A stretch of DNA of 64,000 nt, taken from assembly GCA_963752595.1 (NCBI GenBank), contig CAVVYZ010000013.1, forward strand, positions 128,001 to 192,000. Direction: 5' to 3'. The first letter of the stretch is position 1, and every line of letters begins with the position of its first letter. Below the pieces are notes generated by a model. That model worked only from the letters and a program-made list of their open reading frames with translations. It made no database searches and was not told the DNA's origin. A program made the position numbers and the translations under genes. Positions 40,623 to 51,765 of the stretch are shown piece after piece. Source of the stretch: an uncultured delta proteobacterium. Lineage in GTDB: Bacteria; Desulfobacterota; Desulfomonilia; UBA1062.

Positions 40623-41076
40623 TCTTTTCACCAACGAGCTTGCGAAAGCCGAAGGCAGCCTTTCCATGGGCAAGCCCATGGGAGAGCAGATGAAGATGAC
40701 ACCTTTCCTGGCACCGCCGTCCGTGAAGGCCAGGCACACCATTGCCATGGCCGTAGATTCCTCACTCAGCGATAAATACGATGAGAACGAGGCTGCAGAA
40801 GCCAGGAAGAATCTCGCTCAAATCAGAAAAGACAAGCTTTTGCCCCAATCCATCAAGGTTGAGGCCGGCTATGTACTCGAACTTCTCGAAAAGATCGAGG
40901 GCTTCAAGCGCCAGATGAAGATAGCTTCCCAGCAGAAAGAGAAATTGGCAGCGGAGAACGACAAATTGACAGCAGAGAACGACAAGATGAAAAGCGTGCT
41001 GGAGGAGTTGAAGTACAAACTCGAAAAGATCGAAGAAATCCATATCAAGACCGAGATGAAACGGGGCAAGCAATGA
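40534..41076 (+). CDS. Lipoprotein with coiled-coil C-terminus (positional analogue of QseG/YfhG)
   Basis: Lipobox LQTGC; KLAAENDKLTAENDK; KLEKIEEIH; lies between kinase and regulator. Confidence 0.75.
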   Translation: MQRALSVRGARFLSLCLFILTLLQTGCTASLFTNELAKAEGSLSMGKPMGEQMKMTPFLAPPSVKARHTIAMAVDSSLSDKYDENEAAEARKNLAQIRKDKLLPQSIKVEAGYVLELLEKIEGFKRQMKIASQQKEKLAAENDKLTAENDKMKSVLEELKYKLEKIEEIHIKTEMKRGKQ

Positions 41077-42437
41077 CCAGAAAGGCCAATATCTTCATTC
41101 TGGACGACGAGCCGAACATCGTCGAGGTTATCCTGGCCAGATTGGAAGTCATGGGTTTCGGAGCGAGGGGATTCACCAAAGCGGCAAATGCTCTTCATGC
41201 CTTGAAGGAAGATGACTGCAGTGTCCTGCTCACCGATCTCAAGATGCCGGATATGGACGGCATGGAGGTGCTCAAACGGGCCAAGGAAATCGATCCTGAG
41301 GTTGAGGTGATCCTGTTCACCGCATACGGCTCCATTGAAGGCGCAGTCGAGGCTATGAAGCAGGGGGCTCATGACTATCTCGTCAAACCGTTTGAAGCAA
41401 TCGAGCTCATGGCCAAGATCGAGAGCGCCATCGAGAAGCGGGAGCTCAAGCAGCGCGTCCGGTATCTCGAGGAGGAAGTCGAGAGACACATCGACCATCA
41501 CATCTACGCCGAGAGTCCTTCCATGAAAAAGATCATGGCCCTTGCGAGACAGGTGGGCAAGTCGGATGCCACGGTGCTGGTCCTCGGAGAATCCGGGACG
41601 GGAAAAGAGCTTATCGCCAAGATGCTCCACATGGAAAGCTCCCGGAGGGACAGGAAGTTCGTGATCATGGACTGCGGTGCGACCCCGTCCACCCTTATAG
41701 AGGCCGAGCTGTTCGGGTACGCCAAAGGCGCATTCACAGGAGCCTTGAGAGACAAGAAGGGCATCATCGAAGAGGCGGATACCGGTACGCTTTTCCTTGA
41801 TGAGATCGGGAACATCTCGCCGGAGATGCAGACAAGGCTGCTGCGCGTCCTGGAGACGGGAGAGTTCAGGGCTGTCGGACAGGTCGACCAGAAGCAGGTG
41901 GACATCAGAGTGATCGCTGCAACGAATGCGGACCTGAGGCAGAAGGTAAAGGACGGGACATTCCGGGAGGATCTTTACTACCGGCTCAAGGTGATCACCA
42001 TCGAACTGCCTCCCTTGCGGGACAGAAAAGAGGATATCATTGGGCTTGCCCGGGTTTTTCTCACGGCGTTCTGCAACAAGAGCGGCAGGAAGATTACGGA
42101 CTTGCCCAAAGAAGTCGTCGATATGCTCATGGCACATCAGTGGCCCGGAAACATACGGGAGTTGAAGAACGTGATCGAATCGGCGGTCGTGCTGTCCGAG
42201 GATGATGTCATCACCCCTGATGTGATCCTCCTGTCCGATATGGATGAAGACGATATCGACGTGGATGAAAGTGAATTGAATCCACTGGAAGTCCAGGAAA
42301 AGGCCATGGTGGTCCAGGCCCTCAAAAAGGCGAACGGGGTCCAGAAAGACGCGGCGGACATCCTCGGCATATCCCGCAGGGTCATGCACTACAAGGTCAA
42401 GAAATTCAATATCCAGCCGGAGAAGAAGCTGGCGTAA
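41073..42437 (+). CDS. Sigma-54-dependent response regulator (REC-AAA+-HTH)
   Basis: DLKMPDMDG, GESGTGKE, ELFGYAKGAFTGA, LFLDEIG, FREDLYYRL, WPGNIREL. Confidence 0.95.
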   Translation: MTRKANIFILDDEPNIVEVILARLEVMGFGARGFTKAANALHALKEDDCSVLLTDLKMPDMDGMEVLKRAKEIDPEVEVILFTAYGSIEGAVEAMKQGAHDYLVKPFEAIELMAKIESAIEKRELKQRVRYLEEEVERHIDHHIYAESPSMKKIMALARQVGKSDATVLVLGESGTGKELIAKMLHMESSRRDRKFVIMDCGATPSTLIEAELFGYAKGAFTGALRDKKGIIEEADTGTLFLDEIGNISPEMQTRLLRVLETGEFRAVGQVDQKQVDIRVIAATNADLRQKVKDGTFREDLYYRLKVITIELPPLRDRKEDIIGLARVFLTAFCNKSGRKITDLPKEVVDMLMAHQWPGNIRELKNVIESAVVLSEDDVITPDVILLSDMDEDDIDVDESELNPLEVQEKAMVVQALKKANGVQKDAADILGISRRVMHYKVKKFNIQPEKKLA

Positions 42438-42440
42438 GGG

Positions 42441-43790
42441 CTACTCTTCCTTCTTATCCATTTTCCGGTACAGGGTCCGCGTGGAGATCCCCAGGAGTTT
42501 CGACGCGAGCCCCTTATCGCCCTTCGTATGCTTCAGCGTCTCCTCCATCAGGATCCTCTCGACTTCTTCCAGCGGGGTTCCCAGAGGAATGGTTACCGAG
42601 TCCAGAGACCTCACGCTCGAAGACGTTATCTCTCTCGGGAGGTCGTCCAGACCCAGGATGCCGTCCCTGTCGAGCACCACGCACCGCTCCACGATGTTTT
42701 CCAGCTCTCTTACATTCCCCGGCCAGTCATAGTTGAGAAGGTTCTCCATTGCGGTCGATTGTATGCCGTGGACGAGTTTGGCATTTTTCTTTGAAAACCG
42801 GTTGATGAAATGCTGCACGAGGTTTGGGATATCCTCTCTCCGGTCCTTGAGCGGCGGCAGCTGAATGGATATGACGTTGAGCCTCCAGTACAGGTCTTCG
42901 CGGAAAAGGCCCTGTTTTATCATGGAGGAGAGGTTCTTATTGGTCGCTGCAATTATCCTCGTATCCGTTTGGACGGTCTTGTTGCTGCCCAGGCGTTCGA
43001 AGGCTCCTTCCTGGAGGATCCTCAGGAGCTTCACCTGTACGGCCTGAGGCATTTCCCCGATCTCGTCGAGAAAGATGCTGGATTTGTCAGCAACCTCGAA
43101 CCTGCCTTCCTTCCTGCCCGCAGCACCGGTAAAGGCGCCTTTCTCATAGCCGAACAGCTCCGATTCGATGAGCGTCTCGGGAATGGCCGCGCAGTTGACC
43201 TTCACCATGGGTCTCGCTGCCCTGGGTGAGAGCTGGTGGATCATGTCCGCGATAACCTCTTTGCCCGTGCCCGATTCTCCCAGGATAAGCGCGGTTGCCT
43301 GGCTCGGCGCAACCTGGCGCACAAGGTCCACGATATTCTTCATCCTGGGGCTCGACGTCTCTATGAGCGGGCCTGTCTCGAAGGCCTCGATCCGCTCTTT
43401 CATCTTGATGTTGTCCATGGTCAGGATCTGCTTCTCGATTGCCTTGTTGACCGCACGCAAGATGTCGGCCTTCTTGAACGGCTTCGTAATGTAATCGTAC
43501 GCCCCCTGTTTCATGGAATCCACCGCGGTATCAACGGATGCATACCCGGTGATCATGATGACCTCGGTGAACGGGGAGACCGATTTGCATACCTTGAGCA
43601 GTTCCATGCCGTCCATGCCGGCCATCCTGATGTCGGTAATCAGGAGGTTGATATATCCTTGCCGGATGATTTTGAAGGCATCTTCGCCGTTGGATGCTGT
43701 TTCCACGGCCATCCCTTCCTTCTCCAGAATCTTCTGCAGCGATTCACGGATGCCTACTTCATCATCTACGACGAGTACTTTTTTATTCAT
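42441..43790 (-). CDS. Sigma-54-dependent response regulator (REC-AAA+-HTH)
   Basis: DIRMAGMDG, GESGTGKE, ELFGYEKGAFTGA, FLDEIGE, WPGNVREL, LGISTRTLYRK. Confidence 0.95.
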   Translation of the reverse strand: MNKKVLVVDDEVGIRESLQKILEKEGMAVETASNGEDAFKIIRQGYINLLITDIRMAGMDGMELLKVCKSVSPFTEVIMITGYASVDTAVDSMKQGAYDYITKPFKKADILRAVNKAIEKQILTMDNIKMKERIEAFETGPLIETSSPRMKNIVDLVRQVAPSQATALILGESGTGKEVIADMIHQLSPRAARPMVKVNCAAIPETLIESELFGYEKGAFTGAAGRKEGRFEVADKSSIFLDEIGEMPQAVQVKLLRILQEGAFERLGSNKTVQTDTRIIAATNKNLSSMIKQGLFREDLYWRLNVISIQLPPLKDRREDIPNLVQHFINRFSKKNAKLVHGIQSTAMENLLNYDWPGNVRELENIVERCVVLDRDGILGLDDLPREITSSSVRSLDSVTIPLGTPLEEVERILMEETLKHTKGDKGLASKLLGISTRTLYRKMDKKEE

Positions 43791-44842
43791 GGCACGAAGG
43801 GATCCTTTTTCATCCGGGTATATGTTTCCTTCTGCTTCTTTTCGCCTACGGCGATACTTTCGAATACCGCCCTGCCCTTGCCGTTGCTTGCATAAACAAT
43901 ATAGGATCCGGGAGCGACATCGTCGAAGACATACCGGCCTTTCTTGTCAGGGTGAGCCGAGTAACGCACCGAGGAGGCCTTCAGGTCGTCGAGGGATTTC
44001 TTGAGGAAACTGTTCGTTTTTGCCTGCCGTGCCGTGTACTCTTTGACGGCAGAGGAATATGCCCCTTTTTTCGCTATTGCATCCGCTTCCGCCTGTTCGA
44101 CTGCAGTCTGCATAGGTCTCAACAGTCCGGAAAAGGCTTCGCTGAAGGTCAGCGGCTTCATCTGGCCTTTATAGCCCTTCTGATAAGAGAAGTGCATATC
44201 TACGACATTGATGCTGAACGCTCTGCCGAAGGCCGACCGGATCTTATTGAGTTCTTCCGGGGGAATCTCGCCGATGAAAAAGGAAAATTTTTCCGGATCA
44301 TGCCCGAGGTTTGTCATGGTCTCATGGGGGCCGAGACCTGACTTGAGTGTCTGGGGATCAAGAAATTCGAGTACGAGCGAGGTCGTTGTCGGGAGCCCCT
44401 TCCCATCGATGATGGGCTTATAGGTGATATCCGTGATGGTCTTATCGGTGTTGTTTTTCGCGGTAAAGAAGTAGGTCACATCACCGAGTGCGGATGTTGA
44501 GGGGTTTATGGCTGCCTGGCTGGAATGGATGGTAATTTCCAGCATTGAAAGATAGTTCTTGCGAATCTCGGCAACCTTTCCGGAATATGCCTGCTTTTTT
44601 TCATTGATGAGTGTTTCTGCTTTTCTCGCCTGATCCTCGAGGATATCCATCTGATACTCGGCGCGCAGTTTGCGGAACTCTACATCGGACTGGCCCCTGA
44701 AATGCTTCAGGACTGCAGTCGTACCACCCGAAAGGAGACAAGCTTCCGTCACTTCCGGCGGCAGGATGCATTGCAGGCGGGCTGCGTACGTGGTTGCCGG
44801 GAGTACAAGAATCAATAGTGCAATGAGGGAAAGCTTTTTCAT
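43787..44842 (-). CDS. Exported hypothetical protein (coiled coils, C-terminal carboxypeptidase-regulatory/prealbumin-like fold)
   Basis: Signal peptide MKKLSLIALLILVLPATTYA; DKKGRYVFDDVAPGSYIVYA; start and stop overlap both neighbours. Confidence 0.75.
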   Translation of the reverse strand: MKKLSLIALLILVLPATTYAARLQCILPPEVTEACLLSGGTTAVLKHFRGQSDVEFRKLRAEYQMDILEDQARKAETLINEKKQAYSGKVAEIRKNYLSMLEITIHSSQAAINPSTSALGDVTYFFTAKNNTDKTITDITYKPIIDGKGLPTTTSLVLEFLDPQTLKSGLGPHETMTNLGHDPEKFSFFIGEIPPEELNKIRSAFGRAFSINVVDMHFSYQKGYKGQMKPLTFSEAFSGLLRPMQTAVEQAEADAIAKKGAYSSAVKEYTARQAKTNSFLKKSLDDLKASSVRYSAHPDKKGRYVFDDVAPGSYIVYASNGKGRAVFESIAVGEKKQKETYTRMKKDPFVP

Positions 44843-45790
44843 TGTGCGAGTACCTCTTCCTTGGAATATCCTTCCACGGGAATGGGTATGGAGAAGATGA
44901 AGGTAGACCCCGTACCTTTCTGGCTCTCCACGTCTACCCATCCGTCATGTGCGCCGGCTATGTATTGGACAAGCGCCAGGCCCAGACCGGTCCCATTGTC
45001 CTTTGTAGTGAAATACGGGTCAAATATTCTCCTCGTGAGCTCCTGGGGGATACCATACCCTGTATCCTTGACCAGCAGCAAAAAGTTATCCTTAATTCCC
45101 ATGAGGGCTACTTCCAGACTCCCTCCCGAGGGCATTGCATCTTCAGCATTCTTGATCAAATTTATCAGAAGCTGCTTGAATTGTCCACGATCTATCATGA
45201 TCTTCGGCAGCTTTTCCGAGCACTTGACCTCAACCTCGATATTCCTTCTTTTCAGTTCGGGCATCAACATGGATACGACCGAATTCGCTTCTGCCGCGGG
45301 GTCTACGAGCTGCTTTTTGGGAAGGGGCAGTCTCGCATAGGAAAGGTATTCCTCCGTAATCTGGGAGAGCCTGTCGATCTCGTTGCGGATAACGCTGATG
45401 AGCTCCTGGGCTTCCTTGTTGTCCCCGTGCTCCTTGATCTCGTCTTCCAGGAGCTCGGAGTGCAGGAGTACCGACGTGAGAGGGTTGCGGATCTCGTGGG
45501 CCACATGGGCGGACATCTGCCCCACAGCGGCGAGTTTTTCCGCCTGGATGAGCTTTTCCGTCAGGGCTTTCTTGTCCGTAATATCAACGGCATACTGCAC
45601 CACATTGTCGACCTCACCCTTGTTGTCAAAGAGGGGGATAGCGCTGATGTCAAAGAAGTAGGGCTTGCCGTGGATATCCACCCTCGTGTCCCTCTCGGTG
45701 ACGATCTGCCCTGTCTTGAAGCAGCTTTCCACAATGCTCGAGTGGCACATGCGCTCGCTTTCAGGAAAGTCCAGCGAGCATCGGAATGAA
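44839..45790 (-). CDS. PAS sensor histidine kinase (NtrB-type), 5'-truncated
   Basis: AEKLAAVG, AHEIRNPL, NLIKNAEDA, DTGYGI, FDPYFTTK, GTGLGL; in-frame TGA at 45802-45804 upstream. Confidence 0.88.
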
Positions 45791-46001
45791 TCGGCGCAGG
45801 ATCAGGGCGGACAACAGCATCTATCTGGACCGGATCCGAGCCCTCCCATGTGATCCTGCCGATCATCCCGAAGGCGAGGTGAGACCTGCGGACAGGACCC
45901 CGGAACGAGCCGCGGACCCGGGCGACGCGGAGTGGTTGCCGGATCCTGTCGCCGCTTAGATTAGCTCTTCTCCACCCGATCGCCGGAGAAGGACCGGGTG
46001 G

Positions 46002-47635
46002 TTACCCTTTCTCATACACCACCTCACCCCCGATGATGGTCTTTAAAACCTCAATATCCCGGATATGAAGGGATCGATCGTCAGCGGGTTGTCGGACAGA
46101 ACGACCATGTCCGCCAATTTGCCGGGTTCGATCGACCCCTTGATCGCCTCTTCGAAGGAGGCGTAGGCGCCGTTGATCGTATAGGCCCGCAGGGCTTCCA
46201 AAGGGGTCAATCGCTCATCGGGACCGATATCGGCACCGCTGCGCGTCTTTCTGTTTACGGCGCACCAGATCCCCCATAGCGGATTGGCCGGCCACACGGG
46301 ATCATCGGGCATGCAAACCGGGCAGTCCGAATGGGCGCAGGCGACAATGCCCATCCGCATCGCCGTCGCGACCGGGACCATTTTGCCGGCGCGTTCCGGG
46401 CCGATGAAATTCTCGATATGCTGGTCGCCCCAGAACCAGGGATGAAAAAGGTAAAAATTGGCAATAATCCCGAGTTTCTTCATTCGATTCAGGTCTTCGG
46501 TCGTCGGGCACAGGGCATGTTCGATCCGGTGTCTGGGATCGGGTCGGGGATATTTTCTCATGGCCCGTTCGATCGCATTCACCGCCACCGTAATGCCGTA
46601 ATCTCCCTGAGCGTGAATCGCAACCTGATACCCCAGCCGATGCGCATCCGTCACGATCTCGTCGAGGCGCTCCTGAGAATAGCGCAACCCCTCCCGACCC
46701 CGTCGTATTGCTTGTGACATACGGCTCACGGAATGCGCAGGTGTAACACTGAATCGAACCATCTATGTAGAGCTTTACCGGACCCAGCCGCAGCTGGTCG
46801 TTACCGAAACCGGTCCTCAGCCCCAGATCGCGTTGCCGATAGAAGTTTTCGCGGATCATCAGGTAGGTTCTTGTTTTGAGCGTGCCCTCCGCCACCGCTT
46901 CCTGATAGGCCCGGTAGGGCTCCGGCCGGTCGGTTGCGCCCGCATCGCCGGTTGAGGTTACACCGGTCTTGATGTACGCCTCGCTGATTTGAACCAGGGC
47001 ATCCTTGATTTCCTGCAGCGTTGCCGCAGGGGGAACCGTCCGGATGGAGAGCACGTCGCGGAGAACCCCCGTAGGCTCACCTGTCACCGGATCCCTCTCG
47101 ATAACCCCACCTTCCGGATCGGGTGTGTCCCGGTGATGCCGGCCAACTGGAGAGCTTTGCCGTTGACAACGCAGGCGTGACCGCCCCGAATGGAGATCAT
47201 CAATGGATGGTCCGGAGCGATGGCATCCAGCTCCTCCCGGGTGGGCCACCGCTCTCCCGAAGTCCCTCGGGATCAAAATATTTTCCGCCGATCCATTTCC
47301 CCGGGGGGGTCTCCCTCACTTTCGCGCGGATCTTTTGCAGGAATCCGGAATCGTTGGATTGAGCTCCGCGGCCAAATTCAGCAGTTTGAAGCTGTATCGG
47401 AATTCCGCCAGATGGGCATTGTGGGTGTGGGAATCGATGAATCCGGGGACCACCGTCAAACCCTGAAGGTCGATCACCCGCGTGGCAGCCCCGATGAGGG
47501 GCCGCATCTCGTGTCGGTGCCCACCCGGACGATTTTCCCGTCGCGTACGGCAACCCCTTCGGCGAAAGGGGCCTGGGCTGCCACCGTGATGACGTTTCCG
47601 TTGGTGAGGACCAGATCGGCAAAAAGTCCCTTCAT
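46002..47635 (-). CDS. Amidohydrolase family 3 (YtcJ/NfdA-like), frameshifted
   Basis: ADLVLTNGNVIT, VVPGFIDSHTH, KLYIDGS, AIHAQGD, RHRIEHA, HSDCPV, KGSIEPGKLADMVVL. Confidence 0.88.
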
Positions 47636-47732
47636 GTTCGCGCCTTCTCTCCGGGGAAACGGTTTCGAAAGCAATCCTTTGGGCCGGGTCGCCCCTGCCC
47701 GCCAGCCTCTCCAAAAAAAGGCGGGATGCCCG

Positions 47733-48717
47733 TCACGCCGTTCCGCAGCCCGCTTGCTGATTGCAATGGAAGCAGGCGACAAAATGATCTTGCCCGACCT
47801 TGACGAGGTCGGGATTTCCCGGATGCAGATATCCATCCTGACGGGGCAGCGCGAATAGAACCGGCAGCCCGGCAGCGGATCGATCGGGCTCGTCGCCTCG
47901 CCGATGAGTGAAAACGGCGGCTTGTTCTGTTCGATTTCGGGTCCGGCAACGGGATCGCCGACAGCAGACTGCCCGTATAGGGGTGCCGATGAAGTCTTGT
48001 AGAGCACTTCGGACGGTGCGATCTCGACGATCTTCCCCAGATACAACACCGCGATCCGGTCGCTGATAAACTCGACCGCACTGAGATCGTGTGCGATAAA
48101 CGAGCATCGTCAAATGGAACTCCTCCTGCAGCTCCTTGAACAAATTCAGGACCTGCGACTGGATCGATACATCGAGCGCCGAAACCGGTTCATCCGCGAC
48201 GATGAACTCCGGATCGACGATCAACGCCCTCGCGATGCCGATCCGCTGCAATTGCCCTCCCGGAGAATTCGTGCGGATAACGGTTCATGTCCGAGGCCCG
48301 CATCCCCACCCGTTCCAGAAGGTTCATGATGCGCTCCTCCCTCCTTCCCGCATATAAACCTTGCACGTTCATCGGAAAGGTGAGGATCTGTCCAATGGTC
48401 ATCCTGGGGTTCAACGAGGCATACGGGTCTTGAAAAACGATCTGCATTCTCCGGCGCATTCCTGCGCATTTCATGCTTGGGCAACTCATGCAAATTCATC
48501 CCGTCAAACTCGATCTCCCCCGAGGTGACGGGCATCAGATTCAAGATCAATCGACCGATGGTCGTCTTGCCGCAGCCGGACTCCCCACCAGACCCAACAC
48601 CTCCCCTTTCCGGATCTGGAAATCGACCCCGTCCACCGCCTTCAACACCCTTCCCCGTGAAAGGGGGAAATACTTGCAAAGCCTCCTGACTTCGACCAAC
48701 CCTCCGGTCCCATTCAT
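47733..48717 (-). CDS. Oligopeptide/dipeptide ABC ATP-binding subunit (OppF/DppF), frameshifted
   Basis: [53 protein letters not shown]. Confidence 0.9.
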
Positions 48718-49725
48718 CGCCTGTCCCCATTGATCGGATAATGGCACCTTACCTCATGCCTGTCGCTCAGGTGCTCCAGTTCCGGCGGTTCCCGGCGGCA
48801 CCTCTCGGACGAATAGGTACATCGCGGTTCGAACGCACAGCCCGGGGGTAAATGATTCAACTGAGGAGGTTGCCCGCCGATCGAATCCAGACGATTCCTT
48901 TTTGCGCCCAAACGGGGCAGGGAGCGCAACAATGCCTCGCGTGTAGGGGTGTGCGGGCCGGCCGAACAGCGTATGGACATCCGTGTACTCCACGACCCGC
49001 CCCGCATACATGACGGCCACCCGCTCACACATCTTCGCGACTACGCCCATGTCATGGGTGATCAATAAAACGGCCGTCTGGCGCTCCCGGCAAAGCTCCT
49101 TGATCAACTTCAGAACCTGGGCCTGGACCGTCACATCGAGCGCCGTCGTCGGTTCATCGGCAATCAGCAGCGCGGGCTCACAGGCCAGTGCCATCCCGAT
49201 CATCGCCCGCTGGCGCATCCCGCCGCTCATCTCATGCGGATAGTTCTTAACCCGTTCCTCCGGTGACGGGATCTCCGTCGACTTCAGAACCTGAATCGAC
49301 GCGGCCCAGCTCTTCACACGATCCAAATGTTTATGAAACCGGAAAACCTCCGAGATCTGATATCCGATCCGCAATACCGGATTAAGGCAGGTCAGCGGAT
49401 CCTGAAAGATCATCGAAATCATCTTCCCGCGAATTTTTCGAATCTCATGATCGCTGAGGCTTCTCAAATCGTTTCCCATAAACTCGATTTTCCCGTCGAC
49501 GATCCGTCCCGGGGGAGAGGCCACCAAACGGAGGATGGACAATGCCGATACACTCTTTCCGGAACCCGACTCCCCGACGACGCCCAAGACTTCCCCTCTG
49601 TTGATCTCAAAATCCACCCCGTCGACGGCTTTGACGACCCCTTCGCTCGTAAAAAAATAGGTCTTCAACCCCGAAATCTTCAGAATCGCTTGTCCGTTCC
49701 CGCTCCGTTCCATTGATTCGGTCAC
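48714..49725 (-). CDS. Oligopeptide/dipeptide ABC ATP-binding subunit (OppD/DppD), frameshift ~48940
   Basis: GESGSGKS, YPHEMSGGMRQR, ADEPTTALDVT, HPYT, GCAFEPRC. Confidence 0.92.
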
Positions 49726-50625
49726 CTTTGAGAAAGTCTCGGATCCAACGCATCCCTCAATGCATCGCCTAAGAAATTGAAGGCCAAAACGGCAAACACG
49801 ATCGCAAGGCCGGGGAAAACGGTCAACCAGGGTGCAAGTTCCATGAACTCGCGGCTCTCATTGAGCATCCCTCCCCAGGAAGGCCTGGGCGGCTGTGTCC
49901 CCAAACCCAGAAAACTCAACCCGGCCTCTATCATCAGCGCATGGGAAAGATTGAATGTAGCCTGAACAATGATCGGTGATAAAACATTGGGCAGGATGAA
50001 TTTCAGCATGATCGTGATATCGCTTGCGCCGACCGAACGGACCCCCTCAATAAAATCCTTTTCCTTGATGGAAAGGACGGAACCACGCACGATTCGTCCG
50101 ATCCGGGAACTGTAGATCACCCCGATAATCAACAGCAGGTTGAAAAGACTCGGGCCAAATGCGGCGACGGCGGCCAGGGCCAGCAGGATGGTGGGGAAGG
50201 CAAAAAGGACATCCAGCAGCCGCATGATGACGCTGTCAATTCGTCCCCCGAAGTAACCCGAGATGAGGCCGATGAAGATGCCGAAAATCGTTGCAATGGC
50301 GACGGCTCCGAAACAGACGATCATCGAGACCTGTGACCCCACGATCACGCGGCTCAGCTGATCCCTTCCAAAACGATCCGTACCCATGAGATGGTTGAAG
50401 GACGGGCTTTGGAATGAATCGGCATAGATCATCTTCAGCGGGTCATAGGGTGAAAAGTAGTGGCCAAACAGGGCCGTGGCAGAGCAGTAAGATCACCATG
50501 ACCGTACCGATCATCCCGATCTTGTCGCGTTTAAATCTCCTCCACCCCAGTTTGGCAGGGGAGAGGATCTCTCCCTCCTGCCCGGCAGACTCAACCGTAT
50601 GCTTATTTCTCAGGCTTGCCTCCAT
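49722..50625 (-). CDS. Peptide ABC permease (OppC/DppC), frameshift ~50450
   Basis: MGTDRFGRDQLSR, RIVRGSVLS, EAGLSFLGLG, NFLGDALRDALDPR. Confidence 0.92.
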
Positions 50626-50737
50626 GGTTTCCTCGATCCCAGAGTGGAAGGGACAACATCCATTCATCCCCTTTCTATTTCGGTAATACCCGCGGCACTT
50701 CCTTCTCCCTTCGGGGGGCCCTCTTTTTCGGTAAGAA

Positions 50738-51686
50738 TCAGTACCGGATCCTTGGATCCAGGAAGCTGTAGATGATATCGACGACAAGATTCGCCAGGAC
50801 AAAAGCGACCGCTAGAAAGAGAATGCCTCCCGTGACGGTCACCAAATCCCTTTGTTGGATCGCCATCAGCAGCATGGTTCCCAATCCCGGAATGACAAAA
50901 ACCTGCTCCGTAAGGACGAACCCGCCGATCATCACCCCGACCTGAAAACCGAGAATGGTCACGACGGGGATCAGGGAATTCTTCAATACATGGACGAAGA
51001 TGACGACTTTTTCCGTCGCGCCTTTGGCACGTGCCGTTCGCACGTAATCCTGACGCAAGGTGTCGAGCGCCGTCGATCGGCTCATCCGCGCAATCAGGGC
51101 CATGGTGCTCAGCGCCAGCACAAAGCCGGGGATCAGCATACATTTGATATTGGCGAGCGGATTTTCAGAAAACGGAACATAGGTCAAGACAGGCAGCCAT
51201 TTGAAGTAGAGCGACCCCAGCAGGACGGCAATCGTGGCTGCCCAGAAGTTGGGCACGGAATAGCCCAGCGTGGTCAGAAAACGGACGATGTGATCAAACA
51301 GGGAATACTGCTTGTAGGCGGACAGGATTCCTACGGGGATCCCGATCACGAGGACAAAGAACATCGCAACCGAAATCATTTCAAGATTCACCGGGAGTCG
51401 GCTCAGGATCTCTTCCGTCACCTTATGGCCTGAGACGAACGACACCCCCAGGTCGCCCTGAACCGCCTTCCACAACCATAAGCCATATTGGACATAGAAG
51501 GGCTTGTCCAGATTGAAACTCTTCCGAATCTCCTCTTGCGCCTTGGGATCGCCGAAGGCCTGATCTCCCATCATGATATCGACGACGTCACCAGGGACAA
51601 TCCAGAACAGGGAGAAGACAATGAACGAAACGCCCAGCAATACCGGGATCAAGGTGAGTATTCGATAGGCAGATGTATTTCAACAT
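50738..51686 (-). CDS. Peptide ABC permease (OppB/DppB), frameshift near start
   Basis: IPVLLGVS, GDLGVSF, DYVRTARAKG, EQVFVIPGLG, DPRIRY. Confidence 0.92.
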
Positions 51687-51765
51687 GGTTCCAAACCCCG
51701 TTCAACCCCAAAGGGAAGGTGCCCGGCCATCCCGGGTTCATAAAGATGGCCGGACATCCCGTCGA

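Noticed and set aside
40944-40986. 21-nt tandem repeat (AAATTG.CAGC.GAGAACGAC x2)
   Set aside because: Encodes a coiled-coil heptad duplication (KLAAEND/KLTAEND); not CRISPR or a mobile repeat
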